Positions 30,633-41,774 are shown, counted from the stretch's first letter. The stretch is 64,000 nt of DNA from Thainema sp. (GCA_052168235.1 JBQLZK010000001.1:32001-96000), one strand, 5' to 3'. The notes: generated by a model not told the origin, from the letters alone. Numbers and translations are program-made.

Positions 30633-30965
30633 TTAGTTCGTAATGTTGCTTAAACCTTCTCTGACTTTCTCTTCAACCGTTGTCTCCTGCTGTGAGTTTT
30701 CAGGACGATTCATTCGGTTGGCATCAGCACTACCCTGTACCTCGTTAACACCTCTGCGTGCTTCGGTTTGCACTTTGTTGCGACCACGGGGTTCCTCTTG
30801 CAGAACCTGCTCAGACTTATTACGCACTTTGGGCAGCGAATCTGATCCCTCATGAGAGCTAGCAGCGGCTGGCAGCACATGAGAAAGCGTGAGCAAAACA
30901 CCAAAACAAACAGCGATTAAAACACGTGCGATCGCACGAAAAGACGACTTAAGTTGAATAGTCAT
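30633..30965 (-). CDS. Small exported hydrophilic protein (stress/LEA-like)
   Basis: RBS GGAGG; signal peptide ending PAAA; 'GVNEVQGSADANRMNRPENS'. Confidence 0.65.
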   Translation of the reverse strand: MTIQLKSSFRAIARVLIAVCFGVLLTLSHVLPAAASSHEGSDSLPKVRNKSEQVLQEEPRGRNKVQTEARRGVNEVQGSADANRMNRPENSQQETTVEEKVREGLSNITN

Positions 30966-31019
30966 TCATGACCTCCAATAAATATTTAAATGTAAAACAA
31001 ATGATGATCTAACTACTAA

Positions 31020-31439
31020 TTAGTCAAAGAAATCTTTGACTTGAGATTTTGCTCGCTCAGCAGCTCGCTCGGTGCGATCCATGCTACGTTCAGCTTTGCC
31101 CTGTGTCCGATTAACGGCTCGTTCTGCTTTCCGCTCTGCTCTGTTTAGGTCGCGACGAATTTTTCCTTGTGGATCTTGGACAGCCTTTTCAAGTTGCCGC
31201 CGGGCCTCAGGGCTGGTTTTATCTTCGAACTCATCTTTAGCTCGCTCTCTGACAACATCAGAAGCGGCTGCAATTTGATAGGAGGGAGACTGATTAGAAA
31301 GTGCGATCGCAGGTTGGCTAAATGCGAATAAAAAGCTACTTCCACTTACAAAAACAGCCAGCATTACACCAAAACCAACCGCCGCTTTCAGCATTGATTT
31401 CAGCAATAAATGCCCTTTACTAATTAGAAAATTAGTCAT
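31020..31439 (-). CDS. Small exported helical protein with CsbD/LEA-like repeats
   Basis: Signal-like N-terminus ending AIA; charged repeats 'QGKIRRD...QGKAERSMDRTERAAE...VKDFFD'. Confidence 0.6.
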   Translation of the reverse strand: MTNFLISKGHLLLKSMLKAAVGFGVMLAVFVSGSSFLFAFSQPAIALSNQSPSYQIAAASDVVRERAKDEFEDKTSPEARRQLEKAVQDPQGKIRRDLNRAERKAERAVNRTQGKAERSMDRTERAAERAKSQVKDFFD

Positions 31440-31729
31440 AATTTAATTCCTTCTAAGTAATGGCATCACTATTAGTATCGTGAACGGGATCAAACTCACA
31501 TCCATCTGAAGTTGATTATTTTTTTGTCAATACGATCTTTACTCTCTCTATCGATAGAGGTGTGCCCAAGATCGGGTGCGATCGCAGTTATGCATTGCAG
31601 AGGTGTATTGCAGGGGCAAAGGCTTGCGCAGATGGAATATCAAATTTCGTCAAGCGTTAGTCTACTCTCCGGAGTCGGGCACATTAGGATTGTTGGTTAC
31701 TAATAATCTTCCACCGCTGGTTTTGCCCT

Positions 31730-33271
31730 ATGTCTCTATCGGTTAGCGTGCGCGATATTCAAACCCTTGTGCAGGCGTTTCATCCCATTGTGGTGATTGA
31801 AACGGTTGAAGAAGAACGAGTGCTGGAACTCTTGCAAACGGCTACCAAAGACATGTCAATGCCGCTGTTTCAGTGGAGTATTGCCAACGGTCTGTCGAAA
31901 ACTCAAGATAGCTTCAATGCTCCCTGGAACAATCAATATGCTCCGCCCGGTTCCCTCAAGTCGGCCTCGCTCGAAAATACGACTGAACCGATTGACGTGC
32001 TGAAGCACATCAGTGGCCTCAATATTCAGGCCATTTTTTGGCTGAAGGATTTTGGTAAGCATCTAGATGAGGCAGCGGTCGCACGACAACTGCGCGAGGT
32101 AGCACAGGACTTTTCTCTCAACCGCAGCGCCATTGTGATTACAGGTGAAAATGTCTCGCTACCGCCTGAAATTGCCCATGATGCCGTGTTCTATGACCTG
32201 AAGCTGCCGGAGCGAGATGAACTGTATAAGGCTGTCTCTCAAACGGTGAAATCGCTGCAAAACCGCAACCGAATCTCAATTGAGCTACAGGAAGACGATG
32301 TGCGATCGCTGGTGCAGGCGCTTAGCGGCATGACACTTAAACAGGCTCGTCAGGTCGTCGCCTATGCAGCTCTGGAAGATGGTAAACTCTGCACCCACGA
32401 CATCAGCCGCATTTTGCATCGCAAGGCTCAGCTAATCCATGAAGGAGGACTGCTAGATTATCTGCCGATGGATCACGAAACGATTGATATCGGTGGCTTT
32501 GGTGGTCTCAAGCGGTGGCTAGCCGAAGCAAAAGTTGGATTCAGTTCCCAAGCCCAGGCACTCAATCTGCCTGCGCCCAAAGGTATTCTGATTGTGGGTA
32601 TCCAAGGCTGCGGCAAATCGCTAGCCGCTAAAAGTATTGCTCGCGGTTGGCGGATGCCTTTGCTCAAGCTGGATGCGGGGCGACTCTACGATAAGTACAT
32701 TGGTGAGTCGGAGAAAAACTTTCGGCAAGCAATTACCCTGGCAGAGTCAATGGCTCCTACCGTTTTATGGATTGATGAAATTGAAAAAAGCTTCAACGGC
32801 GGTAGCGGCGGCGATACGGATGGCGGGCTCAGCCAGCGCATGTTCGGCTCCTTTTTAACCTGGATGCAGGAGAAATCCCATGAGGTCTTTGTTGTCGCAA
32901 CGGCTAACGACATTTCTAAGATTCCACCGGAACTGCTGCGCAAAGGGCGGTTTGACGAAATCTTTTTTGTCGATTTGCCCAATGCTCAGGAACGAGCTGA
33001 TATCGTAGGCATTCACCTGACGCGGCGGCGACAAGACCCAATGCAGTTTGACATGCCAGCGTTGGTAGCGGCCACGGATGGCTTCAGCGGGGCCGAAATT
33101 GAGCAGGCGGTGATTAGTTCCCTCTATCACGCGCTGTATCTTAAGAAGCAGCCTTCAACTGAGCTAATGTTGGAAAAAATCAAAACCATGATTCCGCTTT
33201 CGGTGGCTCGCCGAGAAGACCTACAGCGGCTACGTGCGATCGCACAAGAGCGCTTTGTTAGCGTCCGTTAA
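31730..33271 (+). CDS. AAA+ ATPase (Ycf46-like)
   Basis: Walker A 'GIQGCGKS', Walker B 'LWIDEIEK', '[19 protein letters not shown]'; degenerate N-terminal AAA domain. Confidence 0.88.
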   Translation: MSLSVSVRDIQTLVQAFHPIVVIETVEEERVLELLQTATKDMSMPLFQWSIANGLSKTQDSFNAPWNNQYAPPGSLKSASLENTTEPIDVLKHISGLNIQAIFWLKDFGKHLDEAAVARQLREVAQDFSLNRSAIVITGENVSLPPEIAHDAVFYDLKLPERDELYKAVSQTVKSLQNRNRISIELQEDDVRSLVQALSGMTLKQARQVVAYAALEDGKLCTHDISRILHRKAQLIHEGGLLDYLPMDHETIDIGGFGGLKRWLAEAKVGFSSQAQALNLPAPKGILIVGIQGCGKSLAAKSIARGWRMPLLKLDAGRLYDKYIGESEKNFRQAITLAESMAPTVLWIDEIEKSFNGGSGGDTDGGLSQRMFGSFLTWMQEKSHEVFVVATANDISKIPPELLRKGRFDEIFFVDLPNAQERADIVGIHLTRRRQDPMQFDMPALVAATDGFSGAEIEQAVISSLYHALYLKKQPSTELMLEKIKTMIPLSVARREDLQRLRAIAQERFVSVR

Positions 33272-34857
33272 TCATCAGAATCGTAATCTCCACCCGAACC
33301 ATATTGCCAAGCATCCTGACGGCGATGCCAACGGTAGCGCTGTTCGGGCGGCAACTGTTCTATCCAGTTTCCGAGCGGTCTATCCAGCGAATTCAATACA
33401 CTGTACAGTGATAGTCCACCATAATGCCGCAGCCAGTCTACCAAGCTGCCAATCCCCACCTGTGGCAAAATCTGCGTTACCATCAGCGGCTGTGCCGTAG
33501 TCGCTTTGAGCAGCGTTTTTGTCAATGCGGGAAACTGCACCACATCCTGCATAAACGGCTTCAGTACATCATCCCCCAGACCAGCCATCTGCTGAAAAAC
33601 GCTAGACAGCAAGTCATTGATTTGGTTCGGTTGCAACGACTGATCAACACCGACGCTCATCGAGCGCTGAAACAGCCAGGTCACCGACAAATTCGGCTGA
33701 TAGGGCTGGAGTAGCGCCAAGTCTGCCTGGCCCACTTGATCACAGCGCAGTGCCTCGTCAATGCCCTTGGTTAATCGTTTAAGGTGCCGAATCATTGCAC
33801 CAAAGCCACCAAAGCTAAGCGGCGACTGGCTCCCGCTGCTATCTCCAATGGGCAATAGCCGATCGTAGGGATAGTGTAATGGGCTTTGCCGATAGCAAGG
33901 AAAAAAGCCAAACAGCGCTCGCTGAATATCGAGCTGATCGAGTTCAATATTTTGATAAGTCGGTAAAAGCTGAAAATACTCATTAAACAGCGTTTCCAAA
34001 CTGGGTCGCTCCGGATGGGCATCTACGTAGGTAAACATGTAGGTTGTGCGCCCATCCCGTGCTGGAAATGCTTCCCAAAAATACTGACACTGATTGCGAA
34101 TTGGCGTAAACGAGGCAATCAGATCTCCTGTTTCGTTCTGCTCATAGCCCTGAGCACAGGTGCCCACCACCAAACAAACCGCATCTGGCTTTTGGCTACC
34201 GCGTACATGGCGCACAATCGGTGAGAAATGCCCCATCGCATCCAGCAGCAGGCGAGCTGTCAGCGATTCTGCTGAAGAGACAGCGTCTTGCTGACGCAGA
34301 TATTTCACCTGCACACCGTCGGCCTGGACAATGACTGACTCAAACGAAGCATTTTCAATCAGTTCACCCCCTGCTGCCAGAAACCTTTGCTTCAGCGTTT
34401 CCAGCAAATAAACCGGATCAACGCCGACATTCAGCACATCGCGTACCCAAAAGTCCGGCCCCTGATGGAAATGAATTCGGCCTGGATTGTATTCTGTTGC
34501 GATCGCAGTTTCCAGTTCAGTCTCTGTTAGCAATCCCAAATCGACTAGCTCTCGGATTTCTCGCCGGGAAATATTCCACTCTTGGTCTCGTCCCCGTAAC
34601 TGCCCCCGTTCCAAGAGCGCCACTCGCCAACCTTGTTGTGCCAGTGCCGCACCCATCATGATGCCCAGGGTGCCACCGCAGATGACAACATCCCAATCGG
34701 GCAGGCGATCCAGGCCCTCAGCGGTAGTGGTCACAATATCCGGATGGGGTTGGGGTGAGTTTCCTTGTCGATACTGCTGCCAAACCTGATCCGCGCGGCG
34801 CAAACGCTCAAGTGTTTTATCGGGAAGCGGCGAGAGATACTGCTTAGTAAGAGACAT
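33268..34857 (-). CDS. cruP: CruA/CruP-family lycopene cyclase-like FAD oxidoreductase (CruP type by length)
   Basis: 'DVVICGGTLG', 'GRDQEWNISR', 'QYFWEAFP', 'QSPLSFGGFGAM', C-terminal 'YGSGGDY'. Confidence 0.75.
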   Translation of the reverse strand: MSLTKQYLSPLPDKTLERLRRADQVWQQYRQGNSPQPHPDIVTTTAEGLDRLPDWDVVICGGTLGIMMGAALAQQGWRVALLERGQLRGRDQEWNISRREIRELVDLGLLTETELETAIATEYNPGRIHFHQGPDFWVRDVLNVGVDPVYLLETLKQRFLAAGGELIENASFESVIVQADGVQVKYLRQQDAVSSAESLTARLLLDAMGHFSPIVRHVRGSQKPDAVCLVVGTCAQGYEQNETGDLIASFTPIRNQCQYFWEAFPARDGRTTYMFTYVDAHPERPSLETLFNEYFQLLPTYQNIELDQLDIQRALFGFFPCYRQSPLHYPYDRLLPIGDSSGSQSPLSFGGFGAMIRHLKRLTKGIDEALRCDQVGQADLALLQPYQPNLSVTWLFQRSMSVGVDQSLQPNQINDLLSSVFQQMAGLGDDVLKPFMQDVVQFPALTKTLLKATTAQPLMVTQILPQVGIGSLVDWLRHYGGLSLYSVLNSLDRPLGNWIEQLPPEQRYRWHRRQDAWQYGSGGDYDSDD

Positions 34858-35093
34858 AGGCTCAACTACAACGGCTGCTGTTCTTTTCTATGCTATAGCC
34901 CAAAAGCTAGTGCATATGCCAGTTTTCAGTTGTTCCAAGCCAGATCAGTATAAAAATGATCATGGAAACTCAAATTTATGTCTGTGGACCAAAGGCTGAG
35001 TGCTTGGGTATGGGTATGGGTATTAGGTTTTGGGTGCTGAGCTTTGAGTCTTGCAGCTTTTACAGCCCTCTACATTCCTCACGCCTCACTTCT

Positions 35094-36239
35094 TCAACTA
35101 CCAAATGGCTGTCCAACGGCTACAACTGCATTTTGGCCACCAAAGCCAAAACTGAAGCATAGGGCAGTCTTAATTGGAGCAGAGTGAGCCTGTCGAACAA
35201 AATTCAAGGAAAAATCGGGCTGTTTCAGACCTACACAAGGAGGGGCTGTCTGGTGTCGAAGTGCCAATAAGCAAAAGCTCAGTCCTAAAGCTCCAGATGC
35301 TCCCAGGCTGTGACCTGTTGCTCCTTTAGTTGAGCTGACGAGGGGGGCATGAGGAAAAAGCTGCTGGATGAGAGTGGCCTCGTTTTGATCATTCAGCCGT
35401 GTACTGGTGCCGTGTGCGTGAATATAGTCCACCTCTGGGGTACTAAGATGACTGCGCTTTAGACAGTGCTCAATAGCTGCGATCGCAGCTTGCTGATCGG
35501 GATTGGGCGCACTGACATGATGCCCATCTGCCGTGAGTCCTACACCTAAAATTTGGCCATACACCTTCGCATCGTGCTGTACTGCCGAACGAGCCGACTC
35601 CAGTACCAACACAGCCGCTGCTTCTCCAAGTACCAGTCCTTCCCGCTGCCGATCAAAAGGATAACAGCCTGTTGCTGCCAAGGCACCCATTTTGCGGAAT
35701 CCGGCCAGTGACAGTGGCGTAATGGGCGCTTCAACTGCCCCTGCTAAAACGCGATCGCACTGTCCCGTTTTGATTAATTCATATCCTTGTGCGACTGCCC
35801 ACAGCCCAGTCGCACAAGCTGCCATTGGTGCTTGTACAACCCCCGTCGCTCCAATCTGATGAGCTGCTGCGATCGCACATTGATGAGGCAGCACATTTAA
35901 CCATCTTGACAAGCTGCTTAGGGAACGTTGCTGAGCAATATACTCAATTTGCCCTTGATAGCTGCGGCTGGAGCCCATCACCACGCCACAGTCTGACAAT
36001 GGTGGTTCTAACTGAGCATCTTGTAAAGCCTCAGCCACCGCTCGATAGCGCAACTGATTTAGATCAACCGGACTATCCTGAATTAGTGCTAGAGGGAAAG
36101 ATTCTAGTGTAGGAAAAGGCTGGTGAAGTGCGATCGCAGTCTGTCCTTTTAAAGTCCGACCCCAAGTTTCCGTTAAATTTCCTAGCGCTGAAACAATCCC
36201 AATTCCGGTTACTAATACAGCTTGATCTGATGCACTCAC
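35094..36239 (-). CDS. Beta-ketoacyl-ACP synthase (FabF-like paralog)
   Basis: Catalytic 'AACATG', 'HAHGTST', 'GHSLGASG', 'SFGFGGQN'; GTG start. Confidence 0.88.
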   Translation of the reverse strand: MSASDQAVLVTGIGIVSALGNLTETWGRTLKGQTAIALHQPFPTLESFPLALIQDSPVDLNQLRYRAVAEALQDAQLEPPLSDCGVVMGSSRSYQGQIEYIAQQRSLSSLSRWLNVLPHQCAIAAAHQIGATGVVQAPMAACATGLWAVAQGYELIKTGQCDRVLAGAVEAPITPLSLAGFRKMGALAATGCYPFDRQREGLVLGEAAAVLVLESARSAVQHDAKVYGQILGVGLTADGHHVSAPNPDQQAAIAAIEHCLKRSHLSTPEVDYIHAHGTSTRLNDQNEATLIQQLFPHAPLVSSTKGATGHSLGASGALGLSFCLLALRHQTAPPCVGLKQPDFSLNFVRQAHSAPIKTALCFSFGFGGQNAVVAVGQPFGS

Positions 36240-36345
36240 CGCTCAATGTGTTGGTATGTCCGACGTTATGCTTCAGTGATGGATGGGGGATAGAAGACCA
36301 TGAAGGCTGTAGAGGGATATAAAGAGCTATGAAGGGAGCCTAGGG

Positions 36346-36496
36346 CACTGTTTATACATATCTGAATAGTTCTTCTAAATCCCGGACTAATCCCCCTTAG
36401 AAAGGAGAACTTTGAACGACTTCCCCCTTTTTTAAGGAGGGCTAGGGGGGATCTCAACGTCGGAACGAAGTCCAACAGACTTATGCATAGTAGTAG
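36346..36496. repeat. Degenerate cyanobacterial dispersed repeat / MITE-like element with CCCCC-TT-AA-GGGGG-type hairpins
   Basis: cccccttagaaaggag and ccccctttttaaggagggctagggggga cores; weakly inverted ends cactgtttatacatatct / agacttatgcatagtagtag. Confidence 0.5.
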
Positions 36497-36727
36497 GAGT
36501 CTGGGAGAGGTGGAAGTGGTCATTCGGGATTTTTGTGTGGCCGTTCGGCATGGTGGCGCTGAAGTAAATCATAACCCGCCGAATTGCAGACTAGAGTTGC
36601 ACGGTCAACCTCTTCTAATAACCATTGACTTGTAAGAAGGTGTATCTGAGTCTCCATGACTTCACAAGCCTCTACAGCCTCTACAACCCAATCCACCTTA
36701 CCTCCCAAAACCTAGAGCCTAATACTC

Positions 36728-36816
36728 TAGATTTTATTAGAAATAAAGTTTTTGGGGTTGAAAATTGTTTTGTAGCGCGGCGAAGCCGCGCTACAAAACA
36801 ATTTCCGATAAAGTCT
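36728..36816 (-). mobile_element. MITE-like palindromic repeat, copy 2
   Basis: Reverse complement aligns end to end with 29524-29612. Confidence 0.75.
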
Positions 36817-36817
36817 T

Positions 36818-37600
36818 CTACTTCTCCTCCGAGTCCGCTGCCTTCTCCACGTCAGCGTTTTTCAAGTTTTCTTCACCCTCAATTACTCGCGCCGATTCAA
36901 TCACATCTCCCTGCTGAATGGAGTCGATCACATCCATCCCAGATTGCACATAGCCAAATACGGCATAGCTACCGTCTAGAAATGGGACATCTGACAACGT
37001 GACATAAAACTGGGAGGAAGCCGAATTGGGCAGTGCAGAGCGGGCCATTGCGACAGCGCCCCGCCGATGGTTAAGCACTGGAGAGGATGAAATATTCATT
37101 TCCTCAAATGTCTGACCGTAAACGGGCTGCTCCGCTCCTTCAGGCTGGATTTCTAAGGGGATGTAGCGAGGTTCTTGAGTGTTGGGGTCGATAAAACTGC
37201 CTGTCCCAAGTTGTTGAGGAGGAAAGTTGGGATCTTTACTTTGCGGATCGCCCCCCTGGACAACAAACGGCTGCGGTTCTCGTACAACCCGATGGAACAC
37301 TAAACCGTCGTAAACACCACGCTTGACCAAATCAACAAAGTTACCCGCTGTTACTGGCGCATGTCCACCATCAACTTCAATGACAATGGGTTCACCTTTA
37401 ACAATAAGTTCTACTGTTGCGGTTCCCTCCAACACAGGTAAGTTCTGAAGCTGTGGCTGAGAGGTCTGGGCAATGGCGGGAGCACCAGCAGCGGCATTAT
37501 CGGGTTGTCCAGCTTCAGTCTGAGATGACGAACAGCTCGTTAACGTTAAAGCTGTACAAACTAAACCAATCGTGAACCAGCGGGAAAAACTTAGCTGCAT
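36818..37600 (-). CDS. Cyclophilin-type peptidyl-prolyl cis-trans isomerase (lipoprotein)
   Basis: 'APVTAGNFVDLV', 'FHRVV...QGGDP', 'AMARS', 'SQFY', 'YAVFGYV'; lipobox 'LTSC'; start at ATG 37600. Confidence 0.9.
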   Translation of the reverse strand: MQLSFSRWFTIGLVCTALTLTSCSSSQTEAGQPDNAAAGAPAIAQTSQPQLQNLPVLEGTATVELIVKGEPIVIEVDGGHAPVTAGNFVDLVKRGVYDGLVFHRVVREPQPFVVQGGDPQSKDPNFPPQQLGTGSFIDPNTQEPRYIPLEIQPEGAEQPVYGQTFEEMNISSSPVLNHRRGAVAMARSALPNSASSQFYVTLSDVPFLDGSYAVFGYVQSGMDVIDSIQQGDVIESARVIEGEENLKNADVEKAADSEEK

Positions 37601-37890
37601 GTCCAATTCAAACTCCTTGAAGATGGCAAAGATCGCCTTGCTGTGAAAGTACAGTACCGATGGATGACCAACAAGGGATCTATAGGAAAATCCAAGCAAA
37701 GGATGATTATTACATACCGACAACAGATTGCGATCGCAGATGACCGCGCTCAATCATCCGTTACTATCCATTACGTAACCCTGTTGTGTACGCTGACTTG
37801 GCGTTCTAGTTATTTAGGATGAGCCCGTTCATTGTAATCCTTAGACAGCCTAACCTAAGGCAATCTACAAATGAATCTGCACCGAACTGT

Positions 37891-38466
37891 CTACAGACCC
37901 TCAAGCGGCACTTCTAGAAAGCGGGCTAACGCTGCACCTTGGTTTTCCAATTGCGACAACGGCAAAGGCTGTCCAACTCGCGTCAAGGGAAGATCACCAC
38001 TGCCTTTTACCCGTAGATACAAGGCGCGACGAGGATTGAGACCTTCTTTGATCTCAACTCGAATAGATTGAACATCTTCCAAGCTGTGGGAAATATCAAT
38101 TTTGCGGTTTTGTCCAGGAAAGCCCCAACGAAAGACTGTTAGCTTACCGGAATTCTTATTAAATTCGTTGTAGCCACCGCCAATATCCCAGAGAATAACC
38201 AGCCACAAGTACAACGATAGCAACAAGCCAGCTACACCATAAAAGCTCATTGCAATGCCTTGGGGCACAAATACAAGCTGGGTTGGATCAGAGAACGGCA
38301 GCAGATTGACTTTGAAATAACTAGATAACCCAGCCAGCAGGAACCCGCCTGCCCCCAGTGCGATCACTGTAGCCCAGAAGTAGTTACTCAAGCGGCGAGA
38401 ACCGATAATGGTTTGCCGCAGCACTCGATCATTTTGTGTTGTCTTCGTTCTAATGGATGCAGTCAT
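37891..38466 (-). CDS. ycf4: Photosystem I assembly protein Ycf4
   Basis: 'GSRRLSNYFWA', 'FVPQGIAMSFYG', 'FRWGFPG.NR', 'LARFLEVPLEG'. Confidence 0.96.
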   Translation of the reverse strand: MTASIRTKTTQNDRVLRQTIIGSRRLSNYFWATVIALGAGGFLLAGLSSYFKVNLLPFSDPTQLVFVPQGIAMSFYGVAGLLLSLYLWLVILWDIGGGYNEFNKNSGKLTVFRWGFPGQNRKIDISHSLEDVQSIRVEIKEGLNPRRALYLRVKGSGDLPLTRVGQPLPLSQLENQGAALARFLEVPLEGL

Positions 38467-39352
38467 AAGTAGTTGTTTGTTAATGCGTTGAATCTCTTAA
38501 TGAGTCGTCTATGGGATGAATTGGATCTGAACGGATCGGAGTGCAATTGACGAATTGCCTAACTGTAAGTCTTCGTTAAAGAATTCAGTCTGAGAAAATT
38601 CTAGCGAGATTCCTTCGATCTTTAAGGTCCTGCTGGAAACGGCCAGATCTTATACCTTACAGAACTAAAGCCCCAGTTAGGCAGATTATCACTGCTCGAT
38701 AACCACAATCCAGAGAGAAAACCAAAGATGAAAATGATACGAACTATTGAAATTGGCAATCGTTACGTCGATTCCAGAGGCAAGCCAAGCCCAAAAAAAT
38801 TGATGTCCTGCACTACGAAGATACGTGTAAATATTATCTGCCGATAGGGTGATGCAGTTTGGTAAACACATCATGTTGTATCCGTGCAGGCGGTATATGG
38901 TCAATATATAGCCGATTTTGACTAAATTTAGCGATCTGGACTCATATATCGCTTCCATTATTAAAAATGCTTTGTAAACCGCGTGATTTCTGGCTTTGGC
39001 GAGACCATCTCTGTAGAGGATTTGCGCGATCGCGCGTCCGTTCAATTCGTGCTGCACCTTCGATTAGAGCAAAAAACTGCCTGAGAAATTACGTATCGGA
39101 TTGTAAAATCCGGGATCTCTCCTTATCATATAGAAACGTTAAATCCGCGAAGGCTTGGCTCTTGAGCCAACTTTCGGTTGCTGAGACTAGAACAATGTGG
39201 CCTGATCATTCTCATAATCTGAGATGATATTTCACAACACGTTCTGTCTCCGGATGCCAGAGAAGTTTCGTCTCTAGTTGCAGTAGATTCTTACTCATGT
39301 ACTGCATAAGATAGATTTCTTTGGGTAGACGCAATATTAATGAGGATTTGAG

Positions 39353-40411
39353 ATGACCATAGCAATGGGACGGGCGCAAGCCAATCGAGGATGGTTCGAC
39401 GTCCTCGATGACTGGCTCAAGCGCGACCGATTCGTCTTTATTGGCTGGTCTGGTCTTTTGCTATTCCCCTGCGCCTACATGGCGATTGGTGGATGGCTGA
39501 CCGGCACCACCTTCGTTACCTCCTGGTATACCCACGGTCTAGCCTCTTCCTACCTGGAAGGCTGTAACTTCTTGACCGTCGCGGTATCCACACCCGCTGA
39601 CAGCATGGGACACTCCCTGCTGTTCCTGTGGGGTCCTGAAGCTCAAGGTGACTTCGTACGCTGGTGTCAAATCGGCGGCTTGTGGAGCTTTGTAGCGCTG
39701 CACGGTGCCTTCGGTCTGATTGGCTTCATGCTGCGACAGTTCGAGATTGCTCGACTGGTGGGCGTACGTCCGTACAACGCGATCGCATTTTCTGCGCCGA
39801 TTGCCGTTTTCGTATCCGTCTTCTTGATGTACCCCTTGGGCCAATCGAGCTGGTTCTTTGCACCCAGCTTCGGTGTGGCGGCAATCTTCCGCTTCCTGCT
39901 GTTCCTACAGGGCTTCCACAACTGGACATTGAATCCCTTCCACATGATGGGAGTAGCTGGTGTCCTGGGCGGCGCACTGCTGTGTGCAATTCACGGTGCG
40001 ACGGTTGAGAACACGCTGTTTGAAGATGGCGACTCGTCGAACACCTTCCGAGCGTTCAACCCGACCCAGTCGGAAGAGACCTACTCGATGGTGACCGCGA
40101 ACCGATTCTGGTCGCAGATTTTCGGTATTGCCTTCTCCAACAAGCGCTGGCTGCACTTCTTCATGCTGTTTGTGCCCGTGACGGGTCTGTGGATGAGTGC
40201 GGTTGGCATTGTAGGTCTAGCATTGAACCTGCGGGCCTATGACTTCATCAGTCAGGAAGTTCGAGCTGCAGAAGACCCTGAGTTTGAGACCTTCTACACC
40301 AAGAACATCCTGCTCAACGAGGGTATCCGTGCCTGGATGGCCCCGCAAGACCAACCCCACGAAAGCTTTGTATTCCCTGAGGAGGTTCTGCCCCGTGGTA
40401 ACGCTCTCTAA
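39353..40411 (+). CDS. psbD: Photosystem II D2 protein
   Basis: 352 aa, 'MTIAMG...[11 protein letters not shown]...[10 protein letters not shown]'. Confidence 0.99.
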   Translation: MTIAMGRAQANRGWFDVLDDWLKRDRFVFIGWSGLLLFPCAYMAIGGWLTGTTFVTSWYTHGLASSYLEGCNFLTVAVSTPADSMGHSLLFLWGPEAQGDFVRWCQIGGLWSFVALHGAFGLIGFMLRQFEIARLVGVRPYNAIAFSAPIAVFVSVFLMYPLGQSSWFFAPSFGVAAIFRFLLFLQGFHNWTLNPFHMMGVAGVLGGALLCAIHGATVENTLFEDGDSSNTFRAFNPTQSEETYSMVTANRFWSQIFGIAFSNKRWLHFFMLFVPVTGLWMSAVGIVGLALNLRAYDFISQEVRAAEDPEFETFYTKNILLNEGIRAWMAPQDQPHESFVFPEEVLPRGNAL

Positions 40412-41774
40412 TACGATTGTGGGCGGACGCGACCAAGCAACTTCAGGTTTTGCCTGGTGGGCAGGTAATGCTCGTCTGATCAACCTGTCCGGTAAACTGC
40501 TTGGTGCTCACGTTGCTCACGCTGGTTTGATTGTTTTCTGGGCTGGTGCAATGACCCTGTTTGAGGTCGCTCACTTTGTACCCGAAAAGCCCATGTATGA
40601 GCAGGGTTTAATCCTGCTGCCTCACCTCGCGACCCTTGGCTGGGGTGTTGGCCCTGGTGGTGAAGTATTTGATACTTTCCCCTATTTCGTTGTTGGTGTT
40701 TTACACCTTATTTCCTCTGCTGTTCTTGGCTTGGGTGGTATTTACCACGCGGTGCGTGGCCCTGAAACGCTAGAAGATTACTCTGCGTTCTTTGGCTACG
40801 ACTGGAAAGACAAGAACAAGATGACCACTATCATCGGTATTCACCTGATCCTGTTGGGATGTGGTGCATTCCTGCTCGTGCTGAAGGCGATGTTCTTCGG
40901 TGGTGTTTATGACACCTGGGCACCGGGTGGTGGTGACGTGCGGTTAATTACGAACCCCACACTCAACCCAGCTATTATTTTTGGCTATCTGGCTGGCTCC
41001 CCCTTTGGTGGCGACGGCTGGATCGTTGGTGTCGACAACATGGAAGACATCATTGGTGGTCATATCTGGGTTGGACTGATCTGCATCGCAGGTGGTGTTT
41101 GGCACATTCTGACCAAGCCATTTGCTTGGGCACGCCGCGCATTCATCTGGTCGGGTGAAGCTTACCTCTCCTACAGCCTCGGTGCTTTGTCCCTGATGGG
41201 CTTCATTGCTGCTTGTATGGTTTGGTTTAACAACACTGCTTATCCCAGTGAGTTTTACGGCCCTACCAATGCTGAAGCATCTCAGGCTCAGGCTATGACC
41301 TTCTTGGTTCGTGACCAGCGTCTGGGGGCCAATATTGGTGCAGCTCAAGGTCCAACTGGTTTGGGTAAGTATCTGATGCGTTCTCCCACTGGTGAGATTA
41401 TCTTCGGTGGTGAAACCATGCGTTTTTGGGACTTCCGTGGTCCTTGGCTGGAGCCTCTACGTGGACCTAATGGTCTGGACTTAGACAAGCTCCGCAATGA
41501 TATTCAGCCTTGGCAAGTTCGTCGTGCGGCTGAATATATGACCCACGCACCCAACGCATCCATCAACTCGGTAGGTGGCATTATTACCGAGATCAACTCT
41601 GTGAACTTTGTGAACCCTCGTCAGTGGCTGGCAACGTCTCACTTTGTACTGGCGTTCTTCTTCCTGGTTGGTCACCTGTGGCATGCTGGTCGTGCTCGGG
41701 CGGCTGCGGCTGGATTCGAGCGCGGTATCAACCGTTCGACTGAGCCTGTATTGTCAATGCCTGACCTTGACTAG
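40395..41774 (+). CDS. psbC: Photosystem II CP43 protein
   Basis: GTG start overlapping the end of psbD (the usual arrangement); '[10 protein letters not shown]', 'GETMRFWD', '[16 protein letters not shown]'. Confidence 0.98.
   Translation: MVTLSNTIVGGRDQATSGFAWWAGNARLINLSGKLLGAHVAHAGLIVFWAGAMTLFEVAHFVPEKPMYEQGLILLPHLATLGWGVGPGGEVFDTFPYFVVGVLHLISSAVLGLGGIYHAVRGPETLEDYSAFFGYDWKDKNKMTTIIGIHLILLGCGAFLLVLKAMFFGGVYDTWAPGGGDVRLITNPTLNPAIIFGYLAGSPFGGDGWIVGVDNMEDIIGGHIWVGLICIAGGVWHILTKPFAWARRAFIWSGEAYLSYSLGALSLMGFIAACMVWFNNTAYPSEFYGPTNAEASQAQAMTFLVRDQRLGANIGAAQGPTGLGKYLMRSPTGEIIFGGETMRFWDFRGPWLEPLRGPNGLDLDKLRNDIQPWQVRRAAEYMTHAPNASINSVGGIITEINSVNFVNPRQWLATSHFVLAFFFLVGHLWHAGRARAAAAGFERGINRSTEPVLSMPDLD

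Noticed and set aside
31730..33271. AAA ATPase as an anti-phage module
   Set aside because: Ycf46-like architecture common in cyanobacteria, with no adjacent nuclease, protease or effector gene.
36266..37002. Short ORFs 36266..36523 and 36625..37002
   Set aside because: They run through repeat or MITE-like sequence or antisense to the cyclophilin gene; likely spurious.
38689..39227. ORFs between ycf4 and psbD
   Set aside because: No recognisable motifs or RBS; the region is best explained as the divergent ycf4/psbD promoter and leader region.
40239..40394. 511-aa version of psbC
   Set aside because: The established start is the GTG overlapping the psbD end (40395); the extension lies within psbD.
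39539..41684. Several antisense and alternate-frame ORFs within psbDC
   Set aside because: These are shadow ORFs expected from strong codon bias in highly expressed genes; no independent motifs.
39353..41774. Far-red (FaRLiP) photosystem II paralogs
   Set aside because: D2 looks like the standard form in the ordinary ycf4/psbDC context, with no rfpABC, chlF or apc paralogs nearby.
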